Below, piece by piece: positions 1 through 8,640 of a stretch of 64,000 bases of DNA (position 1 is the stretch's first letter; each line of letters starts with the position of its first letter). The translations under genes were made by a program, and so were the position numbers. The stretch is from an uncultured archaeon (GTDB lineage Archaea; Asgardarchaeota; Lokiarchaeia; Sigyniarchaeales; SOKP01), in NCBI GenBank assembly GCA_964508365.1, contig CAZDTP010000003.1:34589-98588 (forward strand), read 5' to 3'. The notes under the pieces are model-generated. The model made no database searches, was not told the DNA's origin, and was given only the letters and a program-made list of their open reading frames with translations.

Positions 1-130
1 ATTTACGAGATATTAAATAATTGCATTTAATCCTATAATTCAAATACAACTCTTTACAATAGTTTTTCAATTCATCTAAACTAATAAGTTCTTTCTTTTC
101 TTCCCTAATTTTCTTAAGAATTCGATTCAT
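1..130 (-). CDS. Partial CDS running off the left edge; possible HTH/antitoxin-like protein
   Basis: ATG at 130, then open frame MNRILKKIREEKKELISLDELKNYCKELYLNYRIKCNYLISRK to the window end; not in the ORF track; function is a guess. Confidence 0.4.
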   Translation of the reverse strand, partial: MNRILKKIREEKKELISLDELKNYCKELYLNYRIKCNYLISRK

Positions 131-233
131 AAATCATTCAAGGATATATAATTACAAATTAATATAAAACACACACACATTTAGTACAGTATCTATATAA
201 GATGCCTCAACATTTATGCCTTTTCAGTAAAGA

Positions 234-821
234 TTAGATATATTTTTTGTTACTCATATAAAAGCTAAATTGGATTGAACCATTTATATTTTTTATTGAA
301 AACTCTTTTTCTAAGAGTGGTTTTATATTCCTCAATAAGCTAGATTTAACTCGTTTATAATTCTGAGTATAATTAATGATGCATAGTATTCCGTATTGAT
401 GTAGATAATATTTATATAAAAACTTGATAGAAAGATATCTTTTCTTTTTACTTAGTCGAGAATAAATTTTGTTAGCAATAACCATATCAAACTTACCATT
501 ATAAAAGATAAAATCATGAAGTGATACCCCTTTAGAAACATCGAGAAGATAAGTAGAATAATTTTTATGTTTCTTAAAATAATTTTTAAAGGATTCTAAA
601 ATCTTTTCTGATTTATTCGCAATAAAAAATTGCGAATCAGGAGAAATCTTATGTATTTGGGGATAAATTTCTATTAAAGATTCTCCAATTATCAAAATCT
701 TATTCAATTTTCTATTTTGTTCTTGAGTTAAACCTTTAATCAGATTTGTTAATACTTGATATTCTCCAGATTCAGTTGACTTTAAGTTATTGCGATTATA
801 ATTACTAATTTCTGTTTTCAC
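234..821 (-). CDS. Hypothetical protein, possibly a degenerate class I SAM-methyltransferase fold
   Basis: beta-alpha pattern ILIIGE...YLLDV...KFDMVIAN resembles MTase motifs I, II and IV, but the glycine loop is lost; the annotated GTG lies inside a GAGGTGA SD. Confidence 0.4.
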   Translation of the reverse strand: MKTEISNYNRNNLKSTESGEYQVLTNLIKGLTQEQNRKLNKILIIGESLIEIYPQIHKISPDSQFFIANKSEKILESFKNYFKKHKNYSTYLLDVSKGVSLHDFIFYNGKFDMVIANKIYSRLSKKKRYLSIKFLYKYYLHQYGILCIINYTQNYKRVKSSLLRNIKPLLEKEFSIKNINGSIQFSFYMSNKKYI

Positions 822-850
822 CTCTTTAAAATATGTATTTTACTTAGTAT

Positions 851-1297
851 CTAATAAAAAGGGAATCTATTTCTTCTGTCTTTCTGAGAAGGTAACAATT
901 TTTGGGAAATATCTTTATCTATTAGTCCTTCTATATGGCATAAATATTCGTATTCTTCTTTCAAAACTAAAGAAATTGCAATTCCATTTTTATTCATTCG
1001 AGATGTTCTGCCTATACGATGAACATAATTTTCTGGATAGTGTGGGATATCATAGTTAAAAACATGAGATATATTTTCTATGTCTAATCCTCTAGCAGCA
1101 ACATCTGTAGCAATAAGCATATTAATCTTGTTTTTTTTGAAATTCTTTAAAACATTCTCCCTTTTATGTTGAGATAACTCTCCTGAAATTAATCCAATTT
1201 TATAAAATCTATTAAAGAAAGAATTGTTTAACATCTTGAACAACCATTTTCCTGTTTTTTTTGTATTCACAAACACAAGAGAAAATTTATTAATTCC
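851..1297 (-). pseudogene. DEAD-box RNA helicase C-terminal RecA domain only
   Basis: Motifs IV (LVFVNTK), QxxR, V (ATDVAARGLD) and VI (HRIGRTSR) present; no Walker A or DEAD domain; frame opens after the TGA at 1298-1300. Confidence 0.75.
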
Positions 1298-1569
1298 TCA
1301 ATTTTCCAATCGAAATTATCATATTGCTTATTAATTCTCTTTTTTATGTTCCCAATCTCAGAATTGAGCTTTGTTTCAATATTTACAGATATACATTTAG
1401 GATTTACAACAATAAAGTCTAATAGCTCCTTTTTATTCAACTTTTTCCATTTCTCAACATCTTCTCTATTGACATAAATGTCATACCCCGTGCGACAACA
1501 CTCTCCACACATCGCACATTTAAAATAACTGAAAGAAAAATCTTTTGCTCTTCTTTTCGGATAACTCAT
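1267..1569 (-). CDS. YkgJ-type Cys-cluster protein, apparently truncated at the C-terminus
   Basis: FKCAMCGECC N-terminal motif and GGTGA SD; the second Cys group typical of the family is absent. Confidence 0.6.
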   Translation of the reverse strand: MSYPKRRAKDFSFSYFKCAMCGECCRTGYDIYVNREDVEKWKKLNKKELLDFIVVNPKCISVNIETKLNSEIGNIKKRINKQYDNFDWKIEELINFLLCL

Positions 1570-1592
1570 CTTAACTCACCTGTCAAATTCTT

Positions 1593-3137
1593 TTATAATT
1601 CAAAAACGCTTGTAATTCCTATTTCTGAAATAGTTTCTAGAGTTGGCTTAAATTTTGATTTAAAAATTCTCCAATAATACAATTCTTCCTTAGATCTCAC
1701 TGAAAAATCTGGTGTGATTTGTTTCTCATCATTGAACTCGGTATCAGATATAATTTTATTTAACTGATCTCTTAAAATGAATTGAGACCCTGCACCATCC
1801 GAAAACTTTTGCTTTTTCCTCCAAATAAATTTTTCAGGCATCTCGTTTTCAAATGCTTTCCTTAGGATCCATTTTTTTGCTATCCCAACATTATTTTTCC
1901 TAAAAATTTTTAATTCGGAGGGTATCTTAAATGAAAATTCGGCTAATCTATGGTCGAATAAAGGGGCTCTAGCTTCGATGGAAAAGAAGTAAGGAATACG
2001 ATCAACCCGTTGTAATCCTGTCTTATGCTCTACTTCTAACAAGTTTAAAAGTTCTTGATTCAATGACTCTTTGGACTCTAAATTGCCTAAATAGGAATAT
2101 CCCCCAAAAAGTTCATCTCCCCCTTCTCCTGTAAGAAGAACGCATTCTCCTTGGTCTTCTTTAATTTTTTTTGAAATTAAAAACATAGGGACAGAACTTC
2201 TTATCAAAGCTGCATCAAATGTTTCAAGTGCAAATATTACATCCGGTAAACATTCAATCATATCCTTTAGATTTACTTCAACAACAGTATGATTTAAATT
2301 ATACAATTTAGCAAATTTTTTAGACATAAATATGTCTTTTGACCCTTCAACTCCAACGGTGTAAACATTTAAATCTTCGGTTAAATCCTTGGCAATGTAA
2401 GTAACTATTGAAGAATCTAATCCTCCGCTTAACAAAGTACATATTTTCTCCCCCTCCTGAATGTTATCTGCTACAATTAATTTCACTAATCTATTTAATT
2501 CGACCGTATAATTAAATATGATCTGACTTGTTAGTTTGTATTTCTTGATAAACTCTGGATAGTGATAAAATTTCGCAGTTTTTCCCGAAGAATATCTTGC
2601 TCTTCCAGGTTTAATAGGGCTAATTTTATTGCCTAAAGAAGTAAGAGCTTTAAGTTCAGAAGAACAGATAAAGTAATCACTATTCTCACAATAATATAAG
2701 GGTTTTCCGCCTATTGGATCCTTAAAACCAATTAATTCATCTCCATTAAAAATAACTCCACTAAAAGAACCCACTAATTGATTAAGAATTTCAATCCCAC
2801 ATTTATGATATCCCGCAATTACCCCTTCTAAGTTATTACTTTTATCTTTATCTATATCTTCATAAACATTTAAATACTTAGCATTAATTTCCATTAAATT
2901 ATAGATTTGACCATCAATAATAATTAAATCATTCTTATTTCCATCAAAACTGAAATTTAAAGGTTTATTTGTTTCAATTTCCTTTCTTTGATAAAAAATG
3001 ATTTCAATAGGAAAGTTTTCATGCTTAAATCTATGATTTGCACCCCGATGTTTCAAAGTAGAGGAGCCTTTTCTGATTTTGTCTAATAAATCTTTATTCA
3101 ATTTATTCTTCTTATAAATTGCGAATATCCCTGCCAT
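1593..3137 (-). CDS. Asparagine synthetase B-like ATP-dependent amide ligase lacking the N-terminal catalytic Cys
   Basis: SGGLDSS PP-loop, TGEGGDELFGGY, EARAPLFD, RKKQKF; likely start MAGIF at 3137 instead of MCGI. Confidence 0.85.
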   Translation of the reverse strand: MAGIFAIYKKNKLNKDLLDKIRKGSSTLKHRGANHRFKHENFPIEIIFYQRKEIETNKPLNFSFDGNKNDLIIIDGQIYNLMEINAKYLNVYEDIDKDKSNNLEGVIAGYHKCGIEILNQLVGSFSGVIFNGDELIGFKDPIGGKPLYYCENSDYFICSSELKALTSLGNKISPIKPGRARYSSGKTAKFYHYPEFIKKYKLTSQIIFNYTVELNRLVKLIVADNIQEGEKICTLLSGGLDSSIVTYIAKDLTEDLNVYTVGVEGSKDIFMSKKFAKLYNLNHTVVEVNLKDMIECLPDVIFALETFDAALIRSSVPMFLISKKIKEDQGECVLLTGEGGDELFGGYSYLGNLESKESLNQELLNLLEVEHKTGLQRVDRIPYFFSIEARAPLFDHRLAEFSFKIPSELKIFRKNNVGIAKKWILRKAFENEMPEKFIWRKKQKFSDGAGSQFILRDQLNKIISDTEFNDEKQITPDFSVRSKEELYYWRIFKSKFKPTLETISEIGITSVFEL

Positions 3138-3313
3138 TTTTAACTCATTTGATTTTAAAATTTTAATTTGAAAATCTGCCCCGATAAAACGAGTTTGATT
3201 ATAAGAATGAAAAAAATTACAATCAAACTTCAATTATAACTCTAAAAAAATAATGGGATCAGCTGATTTGGGGGATAGCTCCTTATTAAATTGTTGGATT
3301 GCATCTTTTCAAA

Positions 3314-3538
3314 TCAAAATTTTCTCACTAATATTTGTTTCGAAGCGTGAATGATATCAAGTTTAGGTAATTCTTGTATCTTCTTAATGAATTCAACTTG
3401 ATTTTTGATAGTATTCCAGTTCGAGTTGCTCAATTCAGAAATTTCACTTATTGTATGAAATTTACCATCATCTAAAACTCTAAAAATATTTTCTAATATC
3501 TGCCATTTGGTTTTCCTGTGTGAAACGCTTACGGAAAT
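3314..3538 (-). CDS. Small winged-HTH protein (74 aa), ATT start, missed by the ORF track
   Basis: Open frame ISVSVSHRKTKWQILENIFRVLDDGKFHTISEISELSNSNWNTIKNQVEFIKKIQELPKLDII...; GGTGA-N6-ATT; HTH-like TISEIS...NWNTIK pattern. Confidence 0.7.
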   Translation of the reverse strand: MSVSVSHRKTKWQILENIFRVLDDGKFHTISEISELSNSNWNTIKNQVEFIKKIQELPKLDIIHASKQILVRKF

Positions 3539-3809
3539 ATCATTTCACCAATTGATTTAATTTTTATATCTGTATTAACAGTTTTTCATTATGCAAATAA
3601 TATTTTTCATTCTATATAAAAGTATATATGTCTATTTAATTTGCATATAAATATAATTCTTTAATAAGGGTGTTTATTTAATTTATAAATAGATTCTCTC
3701 TTATTTAAATGAACATTATATTTATATTACTAAAATTGCTATAATAATATAGTATCAACTATGTATATTTATAAATTCACTCATAAAGTGGTGAATATTC
3801 CTCTTTTTA

Positions 3810-3872
3810 TATCATATTGATCGGCTTTTGAAAGTCCCTCAAGCCGTTCTTTTGAATAATTGAGATATGATA
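3810..3872 (+). promoter_or_regulatory. Candidate structured 5' leader
   Basis: Nested inverted repeats TATCATAT/ATATGATA (3810-3817 and 3865-3872) around a CGGCTT...AAGCCG hairpin, about 30 nt before the AGGAGG SD and ATG 3903. Confidence 0.3.
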
Positions 3873-3902
3873 AATTAAAAATTCCGAAAAGGAGGTATTT
3901 TT

Positions 3903-5639
3903 ATGGTAAAAATTAATAATATTGGGTTTAAAAAACAAAAAGCAAGAAAAATTTTAACAGCATGTATTGGTCAATGTGTCCATGTAGCAGGAGTCCATAA
4001 TTTTATGAAGATAGCAACCGAATTAGGGTTTGAATGTTTATTTTTAGGCCCTGCGACACCGGTTTCTGTGATTATTAATAAATTAAAAACATTTGGACCT
4101 AACATTTTAGGACTTAGTTATCGGTTAACGCCCTCTACTCTTAGACCAATACTTCAAGAATTTAAAGAAAATTATAAAGAACTGAAAGAAAAACCTCAGA
4201 AACTTTTGTTTGCTGGTACTACTGAAGTAGTTAAAGTTGCTAAAGAGAGTAATCTTTTTCAAGAATTTTTTACTGGGGGAGAATCAAAACATAAAATAAT
4301 ATCCATTTTAAGAAATGATTTATCTGCTTATAAGGAAGATTATATAATTCCTGAAGATTTAATTTCACGAATAAAATGGAAAAGTCCATTTCCCGTATTA
4401 AGAGCACATTTTGGATTACCTACTTTAAAGGATACTTTAAAGGGAATAAAGAAAATAGCGGACTCAGAGGTTTTAGATATCATCTCAATTGCTCCTGATC
4501 AAAATACTCAAGCTAATTTTTTCCATCCTAAGGATCAAGTTAAAGAATTATCTGGAGCAGGAGGGGTTCCTATCAGAGCTAAAGATGATCTTTTCAAGTT
4601 ACATAACGCAAGATTAACGGGAAACCAACCATTATTACGAATATATGCAGGCACTCGTGATATTATAGAATTAGCCGAATTATTCAGGGAAACAATTCAA
4701 AATGCTTGGGCCGCTATTCCAATTTTTTGGTTTAACCAGATGGATGGTCGTGGACCTTTGACCTTAAAAGAATCAATTAAACAACATTTAGAAGCAATAA
4801 AATGGCACGCTAAAAATAATATTCCCGTTGAGATCAATGATTCTCACCATTGGAGCTTAAGAGATGCCCCAGATTCCATTGCAGTAGCAGACATGTATCT
4901 TTGCGGGATGATCGCTAAAAAGTTAGGGGTAAAACACTTTATAGCACAATTTATGTTCAACACGCCACCTTCAAGCTCACTAAATATGGATTTAGCTAAG
5001 ATACTCGCAAAAAATGAACTACTTCATTCTTTAACAGACAAAAACTTTTCGGTGATAAAACAAGTAAGGGCTGGATTAGCTAGTTTTCCAATAGATTCAG
5101 ACAAAGCTAAGGGTCAATTGGCATTAGCAACAATGGTTCAATTAACATTAAAACCAGATATCGTTCATGTCGTAAGTTACTCGGAAGCTAATAATGCTGC
5201 TCTTCCAGAAGATGTAATTGAGAGTTGTAAAATAGTGGATCAAGTCATAAATAGAATGTATTCAAGCGAAATTGACATGATTGATAGTCAAATACTAAAA
5301 AGAAAAGAAGAATTAATTAAACAAGCAAAATGGATAATTAATTTAATACCTTCTCTAGCTAAAAACAAAAAAGAGGTTAAAAATCCATATATTAATTCTA
5401 ATGTTTTAAATCGTCTTGTGAAATATGGGATATTTGATGCGCCACATTTAAAAAATAACGATTATGCTTTAGGTAAAATTAAAACTAAAATAATTGATGG
5501 CGCATGCTACTCTTGGGATGATTTAAGGCAAAAAAGATATAATGAAATACAAAGAATTACAGATGGTGTCTCTGATCTGCCTGATATTATATTACCTAAT
5601 ATGTTAAAACAAAAAATCTCTCTTTTAGGTGATATATAA
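3903..5639 (+). CDS. Cobalamin-binding domain fused to a glutamate-mutase E-subunit-like barrel (putative AdoCbl-dependent mutase)
   Basis: N-terminal CIGQCVHVAG (DxHxxG-like), LGLSY and FAG; C-terminal RIYAGTRDIIELAE and GLASFPIDSDKAKG...VVSYSEA resemble GlmE motifs as I recall them. Confidence 0.75.
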   Translation: MVKINNIGFKKQKARKILTACIGQCVHVAGVHNFMKIATELGFECLFLGPATPVSVIINKLKTFGPNILGLSYRLTPSTLRPILQEFKENYKELKEKPQKLLFAGTTEVVKVAKESNLFQEFFTGGESKHKIISILRNDLSAYKEDYIIPEDLISRIKWKSPFPVLRAHFGLPTLKDTLKGIKKIADSEVLDIISIAPDQNTQANFFHPKDQVKELSGAGGVPIRAKDDLFKLHNARLTGNQPLLRIYAGTRDIIELAELFRETIQNAWAAIPIFWFNQMDGRGPLTLKESIKQHLEAIKWHAKNNIPVEINDSHHWSLRDAPDSIAVADMYLCGMIAKKLGVKHFIAQFMFNTPPSSSLNMDLAKILAKNELLHSLTDKNFSVIKQVRAGLASFPIDSDKAKGQLALATMVQLTLKPDIVHVVSYSEANNAALPEDVIESCKIVDQVINRMYSSEIDMIDSQILKRKEELIKQAKWIINLIPSLAKNKKEVKNPYINSNVLNRLVKYGIFDAPHLKNNDYALGKIKTKIIDGACYSWDDLRQKRYNEIQRITDGVSDLPDIILPNMLKQKISLLGDI

Positions 5640-6749
5640 ATGAATTTTTGTGTAATAGGAGCAGGAAATGGTGGTCGTGCATTCGCGGCATACCTATCTT
5701 CCAAAGGATATCAAGTGAATCTTTATAATCGTTCTTTTTCAAGAATTATTGATATAAAGAAGAAAGGGGGAGTTAAGGCATCTGGAGAAATAAAAGGTAA
5801 ATTCCCATGTAATTTAGTTACACAGGATTTAGAAAAAGCAGTAAAAAATGTTGATGTTATATTAATAGTTGTCCCCGCTTCAGCACATAAAGGCATTGCT
5901 GAAAAAATTATACGGTATCTCTCTCATGATCAAATAATATTATTAAATCCTGGAAGAACTTTTGGTGCTGTTGAATTTCGAAAAATTATTGATAAGAAAG
6001 GTAGACCCTTTCCCATTTTTATTGCTGAAATTCAAACGCTACTTTTTACTTCAAGACAACTAAAAAAAAATAGAGTAGAAGTCCTTAAAATTAAAAATCT
6101 TGTCGATTTTTCTGCTTTTCCTGAAAAAGATACTTCTTTTGTGTATGATACATTAAAAGGAGTATTTCCTCAATTAAATCCTGTAGATGATTATCTTGAA
6201 ATGACATTGAATAATATTGGAATGTTAATGCATCCAATCATTTCACTACTAAATGCTGGTGCAATGGAATATGGAAAAGCTTTTAAATTTTATGCAGAGG
6301 GTGCAACTCCTCGCACTTGTAAGATTCTTGAATTTATTCAGAATGAAATTAATAAAATCTTTAATGTTTTAGGGTTAAAAGAATTTAGATTTTGTAATTG
6401 GGCAAATAAATCATATGGGGTTCGAAAGAAATGCATCCATGATGCAATTCATAATATAGGAGCATATGAAAATATAGTAGCACCAAAGAACTTAATTACA
6501 AGATATTTCACTGAAGATGTACCTACAGGTTTAGTACCAATTTCGTCTATAGCTAAGTTCTTGGGCATTGAAACACCCATAATTGATTCTGTGATTAATC
6601 TTTCTTCAATATTATGTGGAATAGATTTTAGAAGTGAAGGAAGAACCTTAAAAGGATTGGATCTCGAAAAATTTATTCAAAATAGAATCAAAATTGAGGA
6701 ATTTATAAATTTAGGAACAAAACAGAAAATTCCTACCAAGAGTATCTAG
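5640..6749 (+). CDS. NAD(P)-dependent opine (octopine/nopaline) dehydrogenase family
   Basis: VIGAGNGG Rossmann motif, LNPGRTFG, LNNIGMLMHP, RYFTEDVPTGL; abuts the upstream stop codon. Confidence 0.9.
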   Translation: MNFCVIGAGNGGRAFAAYLSSKGYQVNLYNRSFSRIIDIKKKGGVKASGEIKGKFPCNLVTQDLEKAVKNVDVILIVVPASAHKGIAEKIIRYLSHDQIILLNPGRTFGAVEFRKIIDKKGRPFPIFIAEIQTLLFTSRQLKKNRVEVLKIKNLVDFSAFPEKDTSFVYDTLKGVFPQLNPVDDYLEMTLNNIGMLMHPIISLLNAGAMEYGKAFKFYAEGATPRTCKILEFIQNEINKIFNVLGLKEFRFCNWANKSYGVRKKCIHDAIHNIGAYENIVAPKNLITRYFTEDVPTGLVPISSIAKFLGIETPIIDSVINLSSILCGIDFRSEGRTLKGLDLEKFIQNRIKIEEFINLGTKQKIPTKSI

Positions 6750-6802
6750 ACTCTCTGAGTGATAGGGATATGATCTTAGAATTTAATATAAATAAAAAAA
6801 CA

Positions 6803-7798
6803 TTATTTAATATAACCATTTTCTCTGAACCAGTTAATTGCCTTCTCAATAGTTTTTTTGATGGGTGTCTGTTTTAACCCCAATTCATTTACAGCCTTAG
6901 AACAATCAAAATGTTCCCCCATCTTTCCTAAGCGTACCTGAGACACCGAAACTATAGGGGGATTTTTCGTAATACGGGCTCCTACCTGAAATAAGTATCC
7001 TAAAAATAGTGCTACTTTATAGGGAATCTTCCGCTTTGGTGGTTTGACTCCTGCTATTTCAGCAATTAAATTAAAAAAATCTCCAACAAACAAATTTTCA
7101 TTGCCGAAGAGATACCTCTCACCAATTCTTCCTTTCTGAGCTGCCAGAATTTGTCCGCGTGCCACATCTTCAACATCAATAACATTAATAGCTCCTTCAA
7201 TATACCCTGGCATGGCTCCATTAGCAATATCGACAAGTAGTGCCCCAGAAGGTGTGGGTTTACAATCTCTCACCCCAATGACTAAAGTTGGATTTACTAT
7301 TACTAAAGGAAGTCCTTTTTCGCAAATTTTTTTTGCTTCAATCTCAGCAAGGTACTTTGAGATTGCATAATGGTCCCCTGCCTCCCATCCATTGAATTCA
7401 GCATCCTCTTTCACAAAGTTTCCAGCTCCATGAGATCCTATCGTATTAGAAGTGCTAGTATAAACAACTTTTTTTAATCCTTGAGAAAGTGCTTCCTCAA
7501 GAAGAGTTCTGGTCCCCTCGACATTTATATCATAAAATAATTTTTTATTAGGTGCCCAATGGGCAAATAAAGCAGCAACATGATAAAGTGTATCGCATCC
7601 CTTTAGTGCTATTATTACGGATTCCTTATCCCGAATATCACAATAGACCTTCTCCACATCTAGATCATCAATATTTCGAGTATCACTATCCTTTCTAATA
7701 GTAACCCTTACATCTGTGCCGTCTTTAATCAGCTCTCTTACAACATTTGAACCCATAAAACCATTTGCGCCCGTAACTAATACTGTTATTTTAATCAC
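6803..7798 (-). CDS. NAD-dependent epimerase/dehydratase (HpnA/dihydroflavonol-reductase-like extended SDR)
   Basis: VTGANGFMG, YTST, YAISK (YxxxK), VNPTLVIG; true start may be ATA at 7789. Confidence 0.9.
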   Translation of the reverse strand: MIKITVLVTGANGFMGSNVVRELIKDGTDVRVTIRKDSDTRNIDDLDVEKVYCDIRDKESVIIALKGCDTLYHVAALFAHWAPNKKLFYDINVEGTRTLLEEALSQGLKKVVYTSTSNTIGSHGAGNFVKEDAEFNGWEAGDHYAISKYLAEIEAKKICEKGLPLVIVNPTLVIGVRDCKPTPSGALLVDIANGAMPGYIEGAINVIDVEDVARGQILAAQKGRIGERYLFGNENLFVGDFFNLIAEIAGVKPPKRKIPYKVALFLGYLFQVGARITKNPPIVSVSQVRLGKMGEHFDCSKAVNELGLKQTPIKKTIEKAINWFRENGYIK

Positions 7799-8176
7799 CT
7801 TGTAAAATAATATTAATCTAAAAAAATCTTTCTACTATATATATTTTATAGACTAAGAATTCAATATCTTGTACTAAGACTAAAACTCCACTTTCAGCAA
7901 AATCTATTCATATAGAGAAGTCTTTGCTCTTAAAGCCGTCTAAAGACAATTACAAATAACAATGTAAGATAATTTTTTTCATAATTATTTGTGTGTAAAA
8001 TTAATACAAATTTAGATTCTTTTTTTTTCCCTTTTAAGAAATTAAGTTAAAAATATAACAATATATAATTAATGATAAATTAAATTATTAAAACTTAGAG
8101 TTTTGGTTTCACATTTCTTTATATCAAAATCAATAATCGTTGTTTTGGGAGAAATTTTTTGACTAATTAACTAAAA

Positions 8177-8192
8177 CTAAAAGGTTTAAATA
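8177..8192 (+). promoter_or_regulatory. Putative BRE/TATA promoter of feoAB
   Basis: Purine-rich run followed by TTTAAATA (8185-8192), about 50 nt before the feoA ATG. Confidence 0.4.
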
Positions 8193-8243
8193 AGTAGAAT
8201 CTTTATTTTCAATTGGGAAACAAAAATTAAAATTAAAAAAAAA

Positions 8244-8555
8244 ATGCCATTCCAACCACGTCACCATAGACCTCCTATACATCGTATAGCAAGTCAAAAA
8301 ATAGGAACTCGACTCACAAAATGTCTAACTGAGTGCGAAAGCGGAGAGGAAGTTATCGTATTAAGGGTAAATGCTGGATATGGGGCAAAGACACGTCTTG
8401 CTAATTTAGGAATTGTTCCTGGAGTAAAAGTTAAAAAAACGAAAAATGCTCCTTTTCGAGGACCAATAGAAATAAAAGTTAAAGGCTCATCCTTAGTCCT
8501 TGGTAGAGGTTTAGCATCTAAAATATTAGTAAGTTGTAACAATTCTTATACTTAA
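8244..8555 (+). CDS. feoA: Ferrous iron transport protein A
   Basis: RLANLGIVPG, APFRGPIEIKVKGSSLVLGRG; directly upstream of feoB. Confidence 0.92.
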   Translation: MPFQPRHHRPPIHRIASQKIGTRLTKCLTECESGEEVIVLRVNAGYGAKTRLANLGIVPGVKVKKTKNAPFRGPIEIKVKGSSLVLGRGLASKILVSCNNSYT

Positions 8556-8640
8556 TAATCGCGTTATAAGATTAAATTGGATTAATTTTATAAAAATTTC
8601 TAAGAGGAATTCATTAAAAAAAGATGGGTTGTTTTAATAA

